From an uncultured Thermococci archaeon (GTDB taxonomy: Archaea > CAYQAE01 > CAYVLA01): a DNA stretch of 64,000 nt. The number at the start of each line of letters is the position of its first letter. Position 1 is the stretch's first letter. Made by a program: the position numbers and the translations under genes. The stretch lies in the NCBI GenBank assembly GCA_964549615.1, contig CAZJVP010000090.1, positions 8,107-72,106 on the forward strand. The letters run 5' to 3'. Below, one piece after another: positions 37,133 to 47,654 of the stretch. The notes beneath the pieces are model-generated. The model had not been told where the DNA came from. It ran no database searches and was given only the letters and a program-made list of their open reading frames with translations.

Positions 37133-38374
37133 TCACAGGCGCCTCGTCTGGATCGAGTCCTCACGAAAGCTGGTTCTACCCACGTCCCTATACAGGGCAC
37201 GTTGAAACATGAGAGTCCAGACCGCCACGCCCACGACAAGCGAGACCCCCGTCACAGCCAGCCATTCGGAGACGTACACCCAAAGAAGCGCGTCCCTCTT
37301 AACCTGCTCGGCCACCGCCTCAGCCTCGGCCATCAGGTCGAGCGCTGACTTCGCCTCTCCCAAGGCCTGGGCGAACTCCTGCTGAAGATACAGGTCGGCG
37401 GCCTTCCTCTGCGCCTCCTCGCATTGCCGCAGGACGACGAGAACCCTTCTCGGGTTCGCGCCGAAGCCCTCAACGAAGTCCAAGAGACCGGCGACCAGCA
37501 TCCTTCGAAACCCCAAGCTTGCAAAGGCCGCCCTGACATCGTGAACCATCCTATAGTCCTGCGGCACGGCCCTCTTCGAGCAGTACAGCATTAGGTTGGT
37601 GACGAAGTCAGGGAGGAACTCCCACTGCAGGAAGAGAACGCCTCCTCCCGGCGTCCAGTCGCCGGTCATGGCGAAGACCCGGCCATTCCCATCGTAGTCC
37701 CACACGGAGAAGAAGGGATTCTGCCAGCCGACGTAGCGACCCCGGTCGATCGTGCTGATGGCTAGGACATCGCTTCCATCTTTCGGCATGACGACGTTGC
37801 AGGCATAGTTCTGCAGGAACGGAAGATCCGGGCGCCACGGCAGGCTCCCGATGAACTCGTTCCCCATGTCAACGATCCTTGTAGGACCACCCTCGTAGAC
37901 CCCCCTGATGGTTGCCACGGGCAGCACATCCCCCACGGGGGTTGGCCCCCACTCCGGGTGCTGTCCGTTTGTGCCGTAGGTCTCGTGCCCCCCGACCATG
38001 ACAAGGCCCATGCCGGACTCGGACACCGCCCTCTTGAACCAGACCAGTTGGTCCCCAGAGAAGCTGGCAACATTGGAATCGCTTATGATCAGCACGTCGT
38101 ACGTCCCTACGAGTTCCTCGTAGGAACGGGGCATGTAGACCCGAATGGCTCGCAGGATGTCCTTCTGCGAAATGCCGGCATAGTGGTCACGGGAGGCTTG
38201 GACGGGCGTGACGGCCAGAAACGGTTCAACCCTCATGTGGATGTACGGAGTTTGCCCAGGGTACGGGTCTCCCGTATAGAGAACTCTGACCTTGGACGGA
38301 TCTTGAGCGGCTGCTACGCCCCAGGTCAAGGCGCAGACGGCGATGAGGCCGTTCAGAAGCGCGAAGCGACCCAT
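37133..38374 (-). CDS. Paralog family member 7 (closest to member 2)
   Basis: Signal MGRFALLNGLIAVCALTWGVAAA. KVRVLYTGDPYPGQTPYIHM, RVYMPRSYEE, YDVLIISDSNV, GMGLVMVGGHETYG. C-terminus ALLWVYVSEWLAVTGVSLVVGVAVWTLMFQRALYRDV. About 65% identical to member 2 by eye. Confidence 0.8.
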   Translation of the reverse strand: MGRFALLNGLIAVCALTWGVAAAQDPSKVRVLYTGDPYPGQTPYIHMRVEPFLAVTPVQASRDHYAGISQKDILRAIRVYMPRSYEELVGTYDVLIISDSNVASFSGDQLVWFKRAVSESGMGLVMVGGHETYGTNGQHPEWGPTPVGDVLPVATIRGVYEGGPTRIVDMGNEFIGSLPWRPDLPFLQNYACNVVMPKDGSDVLAISTIDRGRYVGWQNPFFSVWDYDGNGRVFAMTGDWTPGGGVLFLQWEFLPDFVTNLMLYCSKRAVPQDYRMVHDVRAAFASLGFRRMLVAGLLDFVEGFGANPRRVLVVLRQCEEAQRKAADLYLQQEFAQALGEAKSALDLMAEAEAVAEQVKRDALLWVYVSEWLAVTGVSLVVGVAVWTLMFQRALYRDVGRTSFREDSIQTRRL

Positions 38375-38459
38375 TAGGACCCCTAGCCAAGCAAGAAGTG
38401 CTCGCCGCCACGGGCTTAAATGTGGCCCACCGGCGCTCCCGGCCGGTGGGCTTGAGAAC

Positions 38460-40703
38460 CTACAGGTAGGAACCGGGCTCCTCCCTCGTCGGCTTCTCCT
38501 TCTTCGCGATCTCCATCGCCGACCGCCTGAACCTCTTCGAGAGGGCCATATAGCTCTCGAGCTCCTCCGGCGACATGGGCTGAATCTTGGACATCGCCTT
38601 CTCGAAGTGCTCCGCCGTCACCACCGCCTTGGACAGCCCATCCTTGTCCATCTTGCCCCCGGAGGAAACGTACTGCCTGATCGCCAGCATCACGGCTTCG
38701 TTGCAGATGGCCGCGATGTCCGCGCCGGTGTAGTTCTCGGTCTTCCTAGCCAGCTGCTTGAGGTCGACATCCGGCGCGAGCGGTTTGCCCCTCGTGTGGA
38801 TCTTGAATATCTCCAGCCTCGCTTCCTCGTCCGGCGGCGGAATGTAGATTGCCCGGTCGAACCTGCCCGGCCTGAGCAGGGCTGGATCGATTATGTCAGG
38901 ACGGTTGCTGGCCGCAATCACGGTGACGTCGTTCAGGTCCTCCAATCCGTCTATCTCGGTCAGGAACTGGCTTATCACCCGCTCCGTCACGTTGGAGTCA
39001 CCGAACATGCGCCCGCGCACGGGCACGATCGAGTCTATCTCGTCGAAGAATATGATGCACGGAGCTGCCATCTTTGCTTTCCTGAACGTCTCCCTCACCG
39101 CCTTCTCGCTTTCGCCCACCCACTTGGACAGGAACTCCGGCCCCTTCACGCTTATGAAGTTGGCCTCGCTTTCCGTCGCCACCGCCTTGGCCAACAGGGT
39201 CTTACCCGTCCCGGGCGGGCCGTAGAGCAGGATCCCCTTGGGCGGCCTTGCATTCATGTGCGAGAACAAGTCGCGGTACTTGAGCGGCCACTCCACCGAT
39301 TCCCTCAACTCCTGCTTCGCCTCCGCGAGGCCGCCGATGTCCGACCAGTGGACGTTGGGGCTCTCCACCAGGACTTCCCTCAGAGCCGACGGCTCCATCT
39401 CCCTGAGGGCACAGAAGAAGTCCTCCTTGGTCACCCTCAGGCTGTCAAGGACCTCGGCCGGGATGCTCTCGGCCTCTAGGTCGATCTTCGGCAGTGCCCT
39501 CCGGATCGCCCTCATCGCGGCCTCCTTGGCGAGCGCCGCCAGGTCGGCACCAGTGAAGCCGTGGGTGACGTCAGCCAGCGCCTGAAGGTCGACCCCGTCC
39601 AGCGGCATCCCCCTGGTGTGTATCATGAGTATCTCGTGCCTGCCGCTTCTATCGGGTATCCCTATCTCTATCTCCCTGTCAAACCTCCCGGGCCTTCTCA
39701 GTGCGGGGTCTAGGGCATTCGGCCTGTTGGTAGCACCTATGACGACCACTTTGCCCCGCGCCTCAAGGCCGTCCATGAGGGCCAAAAGCTGGGCCACGAC
39801 CCGCCTCTCGACCTCCCCCGTCACCTCCTCTCGCTTGGGCGCGATGGAGTCTATCTCGTCGATGAAAACGATGCTGGGGGCGTTCTCTTGGGCCTGTTTG
39901 AAGATCTCCCTCAGGTTCTCCTCGCTTTGGCCGTAGTATTTGCTCATTATCTCCGGTCCGCTCAGGCTGTAGAAGTTAGAGCTCGTTTCCCCCGCGACGG
40001 CCTTGGCCAGGAGGGTCTTCCCGGTGCCGGGCGGTCCGTGAAGGAGCACTCCCTTGGGCGCCTCGACCCCGAGCTTTTCGAAGAGCTCCGGATGCCGCAG
40101 GGGTAGCTCTATCATTTCCCTCACCTTCTGGATCTCGTCGCCGAGCCCCCCGATGTCCTCGTAGGTCACCCTAGGCACTCCGGCGAGGACCTGCGGAGCC
40201 GGCTTCTCGCTTATCGTGACCGTGGTGTTATCCGTGATCATCACGGCCGGTCCCGCAGGCTTGGTCGATACGACGGCTAGGTTGATCTTGTTGCCCATTA
40301 TTGCAAGCTCTATGATATCCCCCTTGGTCACGACCCTCCCTTCCAAGAGCCTCGCAATGTAGGGCTCTGCATTGCGAATGCGAAGAGGCTCGGTCGGGGC
40401 AAACCCGATGGACTCGGCCTCATGTGCCTCCGCAAGCTTGACAGTGACCTTCTCGTCTATGGACACCCCGGCATTTCGACGCGTAACCGCATCGATCCTA
40501 ACCGTGCCCGTGCTGACATCCTCCAGATAGCCGGGCCAGGATATTGCATAGGTCGTCCTCTTCCCCTGGATGGACACCACGTCCCCCGACGTGAGTTTGA
40601 GTCTCTCCGCGATCTGCGGGTCGATCCTCGCTATACCCTTGCCGACGTCTCTCTGTCGAGCATCGGCAACCCTAAGAACTGCCGAATTCTGCGGCTGCGC
40701 CAT
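38460..40703 (-). CDS. CDC48/VCP-like AAA+ ATPase (two AAA domains)
   Basis: N-domain plus D1 ([15 protein letters not shown]) and D2 ([15 protein letters not shown]) Walker A motifs, with second-region-of-homology motifs. Confidence 0.9.
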   Translation of the reverse strand: MAQPQNSAVLRVADARQRDVGKGIARIDPQIAERLKLTSGDVVSIQGKRTTYAISWPGYLEDVSTGTVRIDAVTRRNAGVSIDEKVTVKLAEAHEAESIGFAPTEPLRIRNAEPYIARLLEGRVVTKGDIIELAIMGNKINLAVVSTKPAGPAVMITDNTTVTISEKPAPQVLAGVPRVTYEDIGGLGDEIQKVREMIELPLRHPELFEKLGVEAPKGVLLHGPPGTGKTLLAKAVAGETSSNFYSLSGPEIMSKYYGQSEENLREIFKQAQENAPSIVFIDEIDSIAPKREEVTGEVERRVVAQLLALMDGLEARGKVVVIGATNRPNALDPALRRPGRFDREIEIGIPDRSGRHEILMIHTRGMPLDGVDLQALADVTHGFTGADLAALAKEAAMRAIRRALPKIDLEAESIPAEVLDSLRVTKEDFFCALREMEPSALREVLVESPNVHWSDIGGLAEAKQELRESVEWPLKYRDLFSHMNARPPKGILLYGPPGTGKTLLAKAVATESEANFISVKGPEFLSKWVGESEKAVRETFRKAKMAAPCIIFFDEIDSIVPVRGRMFGDSNVTERVISQFLTEIDGLEDLNDVTVIAASNRPDIIDPALLRPGRFDRAIYIPPPDEEARLEIFKIHTRGKPLAPDVDLKQLARKTENYTGADIAAICNEAVMLAIRQYVSSGGKMDKDGLSKAVVTAEHFEKAMSKIQPMSPEELESYMALSKRFRRSAMEIAKKEKPTREEPGSYL

Positions 40704-40704
40704 T

Positions 40705-41322
40705 TCACAATTCCTCCTCCGAAATCACGTTCATTTCCCGGAGCCTCGTTAGCACGTTCCTGACCATCTCCTCTCTCAGACCGAGACTCCTCGAGACATC
40801 TGAAAGCGTGAAGTGCTCATGAGCCAGGATGTAGTGTAGCACCTCTCTCTCCTCGTAGTCGCTGAACAGATTCTGCACGATCTGTCTCGCCCTCCACAAG
40901 TGCTCTTCCTTGTCCCGTATGAGGTCCAGCATCTGCTTGTCCACCATCGAGATCTGCCGGTTTATCTCGGTCAGGCTCTCCCGAAGCTTCATGAGGTCCT
41001 GCGGATTTGCGTTCTGAGCAGGCCGGGCTTCGTTATCCTTGTGCTCGTCTGAAAGCTCTCCGATCCTTGCCTCGAAAAGGCTGGGCGTCATGTCCAACCG
41101 CAAAGATATTCGCTTGGCCGCCACGTAGCACTTGCGGGCCGGGCCCATCTTGCTCTCCGTTCTCGTACAGCGGACGATCCCGTGCTTCTCGAGGAGGTCG
41201 AGGTGCTTCATCACGGCCTGCACGCTGAGCCTGAGCTCTTTGGCGAGTTGGAGTGGATAGTGCGGCTCTACAGCGAGCCTCCAGAGTATCCTCCTCCGCG
41301 TCGGGTTCTCCAACAACATCAA
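40705..41322 (-). CDS. Winged-helix (ArsR-like) transcription regulator; candidate Phr/HSR1-type heat-shock regulator
   Basis: N-terminal wHTH ([44 protein letters not shown]). Sits between hsp20 and cdc48; its stop is 2 nt from the cdc48 start. Confidence 0.6.
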   Translation of the reverse strand: MMLLENPTRRRILWRLAVEPHYPLQLAKELRLSVQAVMKHLDLLEKHGIVRCTRTESKMGPARKCYVAAKRISLRLDMTPSLFEARIGELSDEHKDNEARPAQNANPQDLMKLRESLTEINRQISMVDKQMLDLIRDKEEHLWRARQIVQNLFSDYEEREVLHYILAHEHFTLSDVSRSLGLREEMVRNVLTRLREMNVISEEEL

Positions 41323-41401
41323 AAGGTCGTCAAGCTCGGGCAGAAGAGATACCTCCTCGAGAAAAAGGAGAGGCCCCTTCGCGTGAAGGGGCGAATCGAG
41401 A

Positions 41402-42040
41402 CTACTCGATCTCGATCTTCTTGCCCTTCCTGGCGGGGCCGGACTTCTCTAGGACCACCTCAAGAACTCCGTTGTTGTACTTGGCCTTCGCGGATTCCGG
41501 CTTCACTGTAACCGGGAGGTCTATGTCCTTGTAGTACTTCCTCTTCTCTGTGTCAACCCTGATGCCCAGGCTGTTCTCGGTGGTTTCCAGATTGATGTCG
41601 CTCTTATCGACCCCGGGCAGCTCTGCCGTCACTATGACTTGCTTATCGGTCTCTTGCACGTCAACCAACGGCTCCCTCCCGCCTGGCAGGCCCTCTCTCA
41701 TCCCAGATGCGATCCCCCTTATGTTGCCGAATTCCTCGATGTGGGGAATCCCATCCGGGCCCATACGCATCGACCATCCATAGACGTAGGGCCCGCCCTC
41801 CTCGGGCGACTTCAACTCGCCCCTTCGAGCCTTCTCGAAGAGACGGTTCATCTCCTCCCTCATCTGCCTCATGCTCTCGTCGAACTCTCTGAAGAAATCG
41901 CTCCTGTCAAAGAAGCTCCTGCCAAAGAACTCATCCTCTATCCAATCAAACGGGTCCCGCCTTCGGGGCCTTCTTGTCCACCAAGACATCCCCATCACCT
42001 CTCCTTCTTTTTTTGAGGTCGTGCTTGACGGTTGGCCCAA
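41402..42040 (-). CDS. Hsp20/alpha-crystallin small heat shock protein
   Basis: ACD domain ...VIVTAELPGVDKSDINLE...AKYNNGVLEVVLEK. Start may be the downstream M16. Confidence 0.85.
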   Translation of the reverse strand: MGQPSSTTSKKEGEVMGMSWWTRRPRRRDPFDWIEDEFFGRSFFDRSDFFREFDESMRQMREEMNRLFEKARRGELKSPEEGGPYVYGWSMRMGPDGIPHIEEFGNIRGIASGMREGLPGGREPLVDVQETDKQVIVTAELPGVDKSDINLETTENSLGIRVDTEKRKYYKDIDLPVTVKPESAKAKYNNGVLEVVLEKSGPARKGKKIEIE

Positions 42041-42065
42041 GCGGCCGCAGGCAATGCAGCCCCCT

Positions 42066-42090
42066 GGTTATCAACCTGAAGTTAATAACT
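42066..42090 (-). promoter_or_regulatory. Candidate Phr/HSR1-type operator (AAC-N5-GTT) between the TATA box and the hsp20 start
   Basis: ggttatCAACctgaaGTTaataact was read directly. A TATA element (ttttatatta on the minus strand, 42098-42108) lies just upstream. Confidence 0.45.
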
Positions 42091-42192
42091 GCCGAGGTAA
42101 TATAAAAACTTAACGCTTCAGCGCCTTCGGAGCCAATCTGCTGCAAATACCGGCATAGCAACCGCTTTATCCGGGCCGTCCAACGCCCGGGC

Positions 42193-43068
42193 GTGGGTTT
42201 CCCACGCGAGCGCCCGGCCATCAAGCCATCCGTGGCCCTGTCCATCAGCGTCGCCTCGGCATCGACGGCCGCAATACTCATCCGTCTTACGTCCGCACGC
42301 CCGCTCGCGATCGCGGCCCTCAGGATGAGCTTCGCAGCGCTGTTGTTGCTTCCCTTCCTTGGAGTCGAAGGTGTTCGCCGGTTGACCATGCTCGATCGGA
42401 GGGACGCGAGAGCACTTCTGGCCATAGGGTTCTGCCTGGCCATGCACTTTGCTCTCTGGGTCACCTCGTTGCGATACACGTCGGTTGCGGCATCTGTTCT
42501 CATGGTTTCGACGTCGCCCATCTTCGTCGCGCTCTTTGGTAGAATGCTTCTGCGCGAGAGAATTGCCTCGATGGCGGCAGTGGGAATAGCGCTGGCGATC
42601 GCGGGAATGGCGTCGATCGTCCTATCCCGCGGCGCGCTGCCGGGAGATCTTCGGGGCACAACGATGTCCATCCTCGCGGCAGTAGCGGTGTCCGGGTACC
42701 TCATCGGGGGAAGGAGGCTTCGGCAGAGGGTCGCACTGGTCACCTACGCCTTCTGCGTCTACGCCGCGGCCGCCATGGTCCTCCTCATCATGGCCGCCTT
42801 CACCGGGGCAAAGCTCGTTGGCCTGCGGCCCAGGGATTATGCAATGCTCATCCTGCTGGGCATCGTCCCAAGCCATCTCGGCCACACGCTCTACAACTAC
42901 CTGCTGAGGTATCTCGACGCAAAGGTAATCGCCGTGTCGACTCTGGGGGAGCCGCTTCTCTCCTCGCTGCTCGCCTACGCGATCTTGGGCGAGTCGCCGG
43001 GGGCCGCGATGTTCCTCGGGGCACCGTTGGTTCTTCTTGGCATCTACCTCACGGCAAAGGCAAGCTAG
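42193..43068 (+). CDS. EamA/DMT-family transporter
   Basis: Ten predicted TM helices in two internally repeated halves. Confidence 0.65.
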   Translation: MGFPRERPAIKPSVALSISVASASTAAILIRLTSARPLAIAALRMSFAALLLLPFLGVEGVRRLTMLDRRDARALLAIGFCLAMHFALWVTSLRYTSVAASVLMVSTSPIFVALFGRMLLRERIASMAAVGIALAIAGMASIVLSRGALPGDLRGTTMSILAAVAVSGYLIGGRRLRQRVALVTYAFCVYAAAAMVLLIMAAFTGAKLVGLRPRDYAMLILLGIVPSHLGHTLYNYLLRYLDAKVIAVSTLGEPLLSSLLAYAILGESPGAAMFLGAPLVLLGIYLTAKAS

Positions 43069-43091
43069 GGGCGTCGAGCTGCCCTTTGCTT

Positions 43092-45218
43092 TCACGCATC
43101 TTTCCCAACCTCGGCAAGGATCGGGTCAAGCGGACGAAGGATGAGCTCCCCATCGCTTGCCTGTTCGGACAGGAGATCGTGGATCGTGACGGCAGGGCCC
43201 TCGGGAAGCGTCCACCTGACCGTCAGATCGCGCCGAAGCAGGTTGACTGCGTTAAGCAGCCATCGGTCGCCCAGACGGACGTCGAGCCACTCGACGCCCC
43301 ATGCGATCTCACCGGATGAATCTGCGGGGAAGATCGCAGGCCGCCCCAAATGTCTAAGCAGAAACGAGCGCAGCTTCCGAGGATCCAGCCCGGCCTTAAT
43401 CGTCGGAGCCCTGGCGAGGGCTGAGGCAACGCTTGCTGGAAGCGGCCTGTCATGCTCGTCGAACTCTGGGGCGTCACCTACGACGATCAGCTTGCCTCCC
43501 CTCCTGGTGAACTCGGCAAGCGTCTTGCCGACCTCGCCCTCGACGTGATGCGCGTTCGTCACGATCAGAACCGGAAGCATCCCCGGTCCCGGAACCGCCC
43601 CGGCTGCGACGAAGCCTATCCTTCTTCCGGTGAAGTTGAGTGCCTCGTAGACCTTCTTCAGCTCGGTGAGATGGGCATCGTCGTAAACGATCGACGCGAT
43701 CGAGTACACGAGTCCGACGGCCGGCCGCACCCCTTGAAGGGCGGTTACCTCTTCCGAGAACCGCATGAGGTCCAGAGAAGTCTCGCCAACCGCCCGAACG
43801 CATAGGGGCCGGTGCATTATGCTCCCGGCAAAATCGCTTGCCTCATCGTAGGTCCTCTCCCAGACCCATATGGTCGTCGCGCACTGCCCGTGGATGGCGC
43901 CCTGCCAGAGGGCGGTCCTGACGTGCTTCCAAGGGATCCTTTCCCGTTCCCTATCCTTGATGATGTGGTTCTCGCTGTTGAATACGGGCCTGTTGGCAAA
44001 GGAGCGAAGAAGGTCGTAGAACATGTTCTGCGTGAGCCATTCCTGGGCATACTCATCCCCTTCATGTCTGTACATGCACCAGCAGTCGTTGCCATTGACC
44101 TGTAAGAGTTGGCAGAACAGCCGAGGGTCAACGCCGTTAGCGATCGCCCGACGGTCGAAGATGGTGGGCATGATCTTGGCGTGGACGGCTATCTCGGGCG
44201 CAATACCATGCACGATCTGGGCCATCCAACGATGCCAGTCTGCGAACCGTTCCTGGTTGAACACACACCACTCATAGTACAGCGGGGTTGGCTGGACGCA
44301 ACGCCAGTCCGGGATCGGGAACGCTTCGAAGCTTGGGGCGTCCGTGCGAAGCTTCTCCCTTGCCTCCTTTAGGTTTCCTCCGAAGGCTTTCTGCAGGTGC
44401 GCGGCCCAAAGGGATCTTGTGTACCGATCTTCCGCGCATGTTCGGTAGATGGGCTCGTTCGTAAGGCAGATGCTGTGAAGGGCCGGCTTGTCCTTCACCC
44501 TCGAAATGACCAACCTGATGTGCCGAGCAATCACGTCGCGGGCCTCGGGCGCATCTATGCAGAACTTGATGAATCCCCCTTCGCACCTTGACAGATGTGG
44601 GTATTGCCTGAACGCCCATTCCGGGAAGTAGTGAGGAGACAAGAGGAGGCATATCGAGACGTTGTGCTCGGCCGCGCGGTCAAAAGTCTCAAGGACCCCC
44701 TCAAGCCTTCGGGTCTCCATTTCCTTCGGCCCGACGACGGTCGAGCTGGGGCCGATCTCGATCTGGATGACGTTGACCCCGTACTCATCGAACTTGGGAA
44801 GATCCCTCCTCACCTGATCGAAATGTCCGTATCCCGTGAATATGATCGGGGAGATCTCGTTGCTGCCGTCCGGCCACCTACGCATAGCCTGGAAATGCCC
44901 GTCCCGAACCGCGATCTTGGAGGTCCGGAACTTGGGAACCGTTGGAGGAGTTGAGCGCCCGTCAAGAAAGGCGCGGATCTGGGACCTTGCATCGGCCAAG
45001 ATCCAAAAGAGCTCTTCGGCTGTTGTCTGGGCCCTAGAGAACTCGCCGTGAGAGAGGTCCTGAAGCCCGTATGGGATGAAGTCCTTCAGGACCCTCAGAG
45101 CTAGCTTCTGGTAGGCAAGGTTGAGGCCATTTTGCTCAAGGTGGGCGAGCTCGCGCTCCAGATCGTTTGTCTCCCTTTGCAGGCGGGCGAACTGTTCGGG
45201 TAGATCTCCTGTCGCCAT
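43092..45218 (-). CDS. GH42-like glycoside hydrolase (TIM barrel + trimerisation-like domain), cytoplasmic
   Basis: ICLTNEP acid/base-type motif, a W/Y-rich barrel and a C-terminal LIVTNAHHV...LIVVGDAPEFDE flavodoxin-like domain. No signal peptide. Confidence 0.5.
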   Translation of the reverse strand: MATGDLPEQFARLQRETNDLERELAHLEQNGLNLAYQKLALRVLKDFIPYGLQDLSHGEFSRAQTTAEELFWILADARSQIRAFLDGRSTPPTVPKFRTSKIAVRDGHFQAMRRWPDGSNEISPIIFTGYGHFDQVRRDLPKFDEYGVNVIQIEIGPSSTVVGPKEMETRRLEGVLETFDRAAEHNVSICLLLSPHYFPEWAFRQYPHLSRCEGGFIKFCIDAPEARDVIARHIRLVISRVKDKPALHSICLTNEPIYRTCAEDRYTRSLWAAHLQKAFGGNLKEAREKLRTDAPSFEAFPIPDWRCVQPTPLYYEWCVFNQERFADWHRWMAQIVHGIAPEIAVHAKIMPTIFDRRAIANGVDPRLFCQLLQVNGNDCWCMYRHEGDEYAQEWLTQNMFYDLLRSFANRPVFNSENHIIKDRERERIPWKHVRTALWQGAIHGQCATTIWVWERTYDEASDFAGSIMHRPLCVRAVGETSLDLMRFSEEVTALQGVRPAVGLVYSIASIVYDDAHLTELKKVYEALNFTGRRIGFVAAGAVPGPGMLPVLIVTNAHHVEGEVGKTLAEFTRRGGKLIVVGDAPEFDEHDRPLPASVASALARAPTIKAGLDPRKLRSFLLRHLGRPAIFPADSSGEIAWGVEWLDVRLGDRWLLNAVNLLRRDLTVRWTLPEGPAVTIHDLLSEQASDGELILRPLDPILAEVGKDA

Positions 45219-45235
45219 GGTTTTCGGGTCAACCC

Positions 45236-46840
45236 TTAGGGCCTGTTATATTGATTTGGCAAACCGGTAGGGGGATCGCAGTTCTGGGCCCCTTCCTTGT
45301 CGCAGAGACCTCTCGCATATATGCGAACATCCCTCAGAGATCCCTTGAAGTAGTCGTGCTCCCCGAATCCTATCATCAAGGGTCTAGAGTTGGTTACGTT
45401 CACCCTCCGGCTCCCGAGCTTCTCACGGGCGACGGTCCTTCCGTTCACCAGCAGGCAGAGCTCCCGCGACCGTCTTACGGCAACGATGTGCTGCCAACCG
45501 GCCTTAAGCTCCCAGTCGTGCGTCACGCAGCACCCGGCAGTCAGGGAGTGAACATGGCCGGAGGGGAGGGTCCCGCAGAACAATTTCCCTCTGAACACCG
45601 CCATCGACCATGCCCTCCTGTATTTGACGCCCGGCGTGGCATCCAGCTGGCCCACGTCCACCCAATCGCGCCCGCCGTCGTACCTGTAGACGCGGGCCGA
45701 GGGCAGGGTCCCTGCGTATAGCTTCCCGTTGAAAACAGCCATCCCCATGACCTCCATTTCCTCGCCCAGCCTGCCGCAGTCCTGCCATCCATCCCCGGAC
45801 ATTCTGAACACCCTCCCGGAGGGCCAGGTGCCCACGCAAAGGCTTCCGCGGTGTATGGCAAACGAATAGGTCTGAGTGTTCCCAGGAGGAGTCCCGCAAT
45901 CGGACCAAGAGGAGCCACCCTCGTAGCGGTAGACGCCGCCTCGCTCGGCGTCCCAACCTGACCCGTATAGGTGTCCGCGGTACACGGTGAGCGCTTCGAC
46001 CCGACCGCCGGGGTTCCCGCAGTCCGTCCACTCCCTTGCTGCCTCATACCTGAACAGGCCGGCAGGAGCGTACATGGACGAGGCGTAGAGCCTGCCGGAG
46101 AACACGGCGAGCCCACCGATCGCCTCGCCCCGGCCGACCTTGCCACAGTCGGTCCAACTCCTTCCGCCCTCGTAGCGAAAGACCCTTCCCCCGGGCGTCA
46201 TATTCTCTGACTCAGGCAATGCCGACCCGGATGAGCGGTAGTGGGACGCAGCAGCATACAGCTTCCCATCGTACACGGCCAAAGATGTGATGGCGTTGCT
46301 CGGATGAGGGCTTCCGCAGTCGATCCAGGTCGTCCTGCCGGCGTAGCGATAGACGTGTCCGCGTTGCTCCTCACCGATCTCGAACGTGCCGGCGTACAGC
46401 CCGCCCCGGTACACGCACAGGGACCAGACTAGGACGGCTTGGCCTGGACGCCCGCAGTCAGCCCACTTCGGTGCTAGACCGGCATCGACTCCGAAGAAGA
46501 GGTTCCTGTAGTTTGGCTGGGACGAGACCACGCCATGGAGGTTCAGAATCGAAATGTTGAATCCCGTCCGCGACTCGGGGTCGTACTTGGTAAGGATGTC
46601 CCCCAACGCGTCATCCAGCTTGGCGTCGGTATGAACCCAAGCGGCGATGGAGAACTCGCCTTCACCCAGGTGCAGGAACGCGTCATCCGGAACCTCGACG
46701 TAGGAGTCGACGCCGGTGAACCTGGCGCCACTAGGAGCCAATTCGACCCCACGGCAAACCCCGTGGTTATCATTACCTGAGGAATCCTTGCAATCGCCCT
46801 GCAGCCTCCACCGGCCAACCATATCGTCTTCCAAGTCCAT
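45236..46840 (-). CDS. LamG (concanavalin-like) - 7/8-bladed beta-propeller - LamG multidomain protein
   Basis: N-terminal LamG-like (FTGVDSYVEVPDDAFLHLGEGEFSIAAWV). About 8 repeats of LYAGT...RVYRYEGG.SW.DCG. C-terminal LamG-like (LLVNGRTV...VRIYARGL). Confidence 0.6.
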   Translation of the reverse strand: MDLEDDMVGRWRLQGDCKDSSGNDNHGVCRGVELAPSGARFTGVDSYVEVPDDAFLHLGEGEFSIAAWVHTDAKLDDALGDILTKYDPESRTGFNISILNLHGVVSSQPNYRNLFFGVDAGLAPKWADCGRPGQAVLVWSLCVYRGGLYAGTFEIGEEQRGHVYRYAGRTTWIDCGSPHPSNAITSLAVYDGKLYAAASHYRSSGSALPESENMTPGGRVFRYEGGRSWTDCGKVGRGEAIGGLAVFSGRLYASSMYAPAGLFRYEAAREWTDCGNPGGRVEALTVYRGHLYGSGWDAERGGVYRYEGGSSWSDCGTPPGNTQTYSFAIHRGSLCVGTWPSGRVFRMSGDGWQDCGRLGEEMEVMGMAVFNGKLYAGTLPSARVYRYDGGRDWVDVGQLDATPGVKYRRAWSMAVFRGKLFCGTLPSGHVHSLTAGCCVTHDWELKAGWQHIVAVRRSRELCLLVNGRTVAREKLGSRRVNVTNSRPLMIGFGEHDYFKGSLRDVRIYARGLCDKEGAQNCDPPTGLPNQYNRP

Positions 46841-46974
46841 CGCAGCTCACCCGGTATTGCCCCCGGCTTCTTCCATCGAGGAACTCTGCGCGAACGATGA
46901 ACACAGCCTTTCGGGATGGCCATGCCGACGCGGCCAACCCTGATCCCCACCTCGGACGAAACGCGGGATCATGC

Positions 46975-47616
46975 CTAGAACACTTGAACGTTGACCAAGG
47001 TCGGCAACTTGCGCTTGAGCCTCTGGACTTCATAACCATAAAGGTAGCTGCGCGGTTCTATCTCCAAGATGCCGAAGATGATCTTGGACTGCTTCCTTTC
47101 CATTTCGCCTCCCGCGTCCACCCCGATCAGTTGGTAGAAATCCGATCCTAGTTGCTGGGCTGGCGCTAGGTAGATGGGAAGCGAGAGGCCTTGAAGTTCA
47201 TCCTTGCCCAGGAGTGCCACCACCTTGTCGAGATCCCTTCGATCGACCGCGAACTCGGTTCCGTCCCTGGATGTGAAATGAGGCTTTGGCTCGCCGAGGA
47301 GAACCAAGATCGGCTTGGCCAACGGCATCGAAAGCCTTGAGCGACGCCTCTCAAACTCGATGGCCTTCTGGAGCTTCTCGAATCCTTCGCCCACATCGAT
47401 CGCTCGTCTCCGGCAAAGATAACTTTCGCTCAAGCGCGGCCAAGCTCGGCGACATCCATTCCGGCATCTGACCCGGCTTCCTTCCGCCTCATAACCAAGG
47501 TGGCGCAGTGACGGACGCGGCAAGGGCGGGCAGACATCGCAGGCCTTCCCAGGGACACGAGGCGCGAGGTCGATGGCGGCAGCGTGCCCGCCACGATGTG
47601 GCCGATTGGAGCACAT
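46975..47616 (-). CDS. Hypothetical protein (true start probably internal, near 47328)
   Basis: The C-terminal ~117 aa look like a folded protein. The N-terminal ~95 aa of the track ORF are Arg/Cys-rich and may not be translated. Confidence 0.3.
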   Translation of the reverse strand: MCSNRPHRGGHAAAIDLAPRVPGKACDVCPPLPRPSLRHLGYEAEGSRVRCRNGCRRAWPRLSESYLCRRRAIDVGEGFEKLQKAIEFERRRSRLSMPLAKPILVLLGEPKPHFTSRDGTEFAVDRRDLDKVVALLGKDELQGLSLPIYLAPAQQLGSDFYQLIGVDAGGEMERKQSKIIFGILEIEPRSYLYGYEVQRLKRKLPTLVNVQVF

Positions 47617-47654
47617 TATTCTTTAACGCATCCGCTCTGCTGTAGCTGAGGCCA

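Noticed and set aside
38343-39479. 378-aa + strand ORF antisense to CDC48
   Set aside because: Leu/Arg/Pro-rich with no domain. CDC48 on the minus strand is unambiguous.
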